Shown here: positions 62,285 to 64,000 of the stretch, piece by piece
Numbering within the stretch: the stretch's first letter is position 1
Layout of the letters: each line of letters starts with the position of its first letter
NCBI RefSeq assembly: GCF_964355755.1
Contig: NC_092674.1
Location: 14,880,001 to 14,944,000, forward strand
Source of the DNA: Antedon mediterranea
Taxonomy: Eukaryota > Animalia > Echinodermata
Length of the DNA stretch: 64,000 bases
Direction: 5' to 3'
Notes under the pieces: model-generated
Told to the model about the DNA's origin: nothing
The model's input: only the letters and a program-made list of their open reading frames with translations
The model's database searches: none
Translations under genes and position numbers: made by a program

Positions 62285-62376
62285 AGCTTACTGATAGCAG
62301 ACAGTCTGACGGCAAAGTTGAATATTGGTGGGAGAGAATTCGGGTGTATTTTGGATACTGGAGCTGAGACCAGTCC
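62285..62376 (+). pseudogene. Retroviral-type aspartic protease fragment
   Basis: SLTAKLNIGGREFGCILDTGAETS. Confidence 0.6.
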
Positions 62377-62799
62377 TATTTAATTAGTAAGCGTTATATG
62401 GGCACCAGTCGTGCAGGTTATGAATATTAATGAGGAGGTACTATTTGAATATTCATTTATCAAAACCCAGCAGACCAAGACGATTCAGTCAGGTTATCTC
62501 ATTAGCCTAGACGGAAAATATACAGCAGTAATTTTATTGTGGCAGGTTATTACTATTATGTAATTTTTTTTTCTACCCGGCCTGCAGCTTCTCGATTCCG
62601 TAGGCTTTCAGTTACTAATAAATTCTAGACTATGGGACAGTTAACTATTATGTAACTATATAATCAGCATAATGATGGTTTAGGGTTTTAACTAGTAATT
62701 TTCATTGATGAAATTACGAAATATTGAATCCATAATTTACGATGGCGTGTATTTATGTAAAACAAATATAAATGACCCACCAATTGTTTTCACATTCAG

Positions 62800-63065
62800 A
62801 ACTGCAGATATAGGACACATAAATATGTTACTTCGTACAAGAATGGTGCCCATATAAACTATATTATGAGATATATGTACACATTATTAAATGCACGGCT
62901 GGTGGCTATCTGCAGCACTGGTGCCCATATTAACTCTTTAACATTAGATAGATATAAACATGCAGGGCTGGTGCCCATCTGCAGTACTGGTGCCCGTATT
63001 AGATAGATATATAACTATGCGTGACGGTTGCCAACACTGCGCAGCACTGGCGCCCATTTACAGAC
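62800..63065. repeat. Diverged tandem repeats
   Basis: Recurrent GCAG.ACTGG.GCCC.T.T..AGATAGATATA units, about 4 copies. Confidence 0.6.
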
Positions 63066-63689
63066 GTGTTGAATATTCATTATTGGAACCTGATACAGCG
63101 ATTCGCGGGAAATGTGCAAATTGTTTGCCATTGTGGGCAAAATTTCTTAATTCTCCGTCTGAAAACTATTTAAAATGGTGGGTTTGTGGTTTATCAGATT
63201 GTGAAGAGCTACGAAACGTATTCGAAAATGCGAAGTCATTACATTTCGTTGGAAACAAGAAGGGAGACTTCGGAAAAATAAAGTTTTCTCCGCTTCCGTC
63301 TCAGGCCAATGCCTATTGTACCACCAACGGCGTAGAAGAGCAGGAGGACAACGTTGAAATTGACAAAATTGGTCTTATCAATACCTCATATGCACCAGGT
63401 TAGCCTAGCCCCTTTATATCATGTTGGGATATATTTCGACACTTTGAAGAGCATTTTGATTTATTTACTAGATAATAATAATACAGTATATTAAAAATGT
63501 GAGTTGATATATGGACATCTAAAAAATGGAATAAGAGAATAGGCCTAAATTATATAGTCAATGGTGATTTTATGTTGTTCTTTTAAAAATGACATGGCTA
63601 TTCCAAAGAATTATGTTATTATGGAAAAATGCAATACTAAATAGATTTTCTTTATAAACAGACCAATCCAGACTTCAATCATACTTAAA

Positions 63690-63996
63690 GATATTGTTTG
63701 CCTATCGTCGGGCATTACATTAAAATTTCCCATATGTAGGATATTGTTTGCCTATCGTCGGGCATTACTTTAAAAATGTCCCATATGTAGGATATTGTTT
63801 GCCTATCGTCGGGCATTACATTAAAATGTCCCATATGTAGGATATTGTTTGCCTATCGTCGGGCATTACATTAAAATGTCCCATATGTAGGATATTGTTT
63901 GCCTATCGTCGGGCATTACATTAAAATGTCCCATATGTAGGATATTGTTTGCCTATCGTCGGGCATTACATTAAAATGTCCCATATGTAGGATATT
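63690..63996. repeat. Tandem repeat, 50-bp unit, 6 full copies plus a partial
   Basis: GATATTGTTTGCCTATCGTCGGGCATTACATTAAAATGTCCCATATGTAG repeated; the last four copies are identical. Confidence 0.95.
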
Positions 63997-64000
63997 TTTG

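Noticed and set aside
63690-63996. Regular repeats as a CRISPR array
   Set aside because: Units are head-to-tail with no unique spacers, there are no cas genes, and the context is eukaryotic. The same applies to 58237-58516.

Overview
AT-rich, intron-containing eukaryotic DNA (marine-invertebrate-like by inference; taxon not determinable). It is almost entirely nested, mostly decayed mobile elements. I found no intact host gene, rRNA, tRNA or CRISPR array. Best-supported element: a young Mag-like Ty3/Gypsy (43973-48594; 160/161-bp LTRs, GTAAC TSD) inserted in a CACTA remnant. Also present: three solo LTRs with TSDs, a CR1/L2-group LINE split by several insertions, many MITEs (MULE-, Academ-, Harbinger-, Kolobok-, P-, Helentron- and Helitron-like), and remnants of Zator, Tc1, Harbinger, hAT, Academ, YqaJ-nuclease and Gypsy genes. 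The most interesting items are invisible in the ORF track: (1) a spliced tyrosine-recombinase (Crypton-like) gene led by about nine acidic micro-exons (24574-31478); (2) a spliced BEN-domain gene (17398-19167) whose probable first exon (33641-33815) sits head-to-head with an intron-rich CACTA transposase; (3) a Penelope-type minimal hammerhead ribozyme (19524-19564). Family names come from motif recognition by eye, not from database searches.
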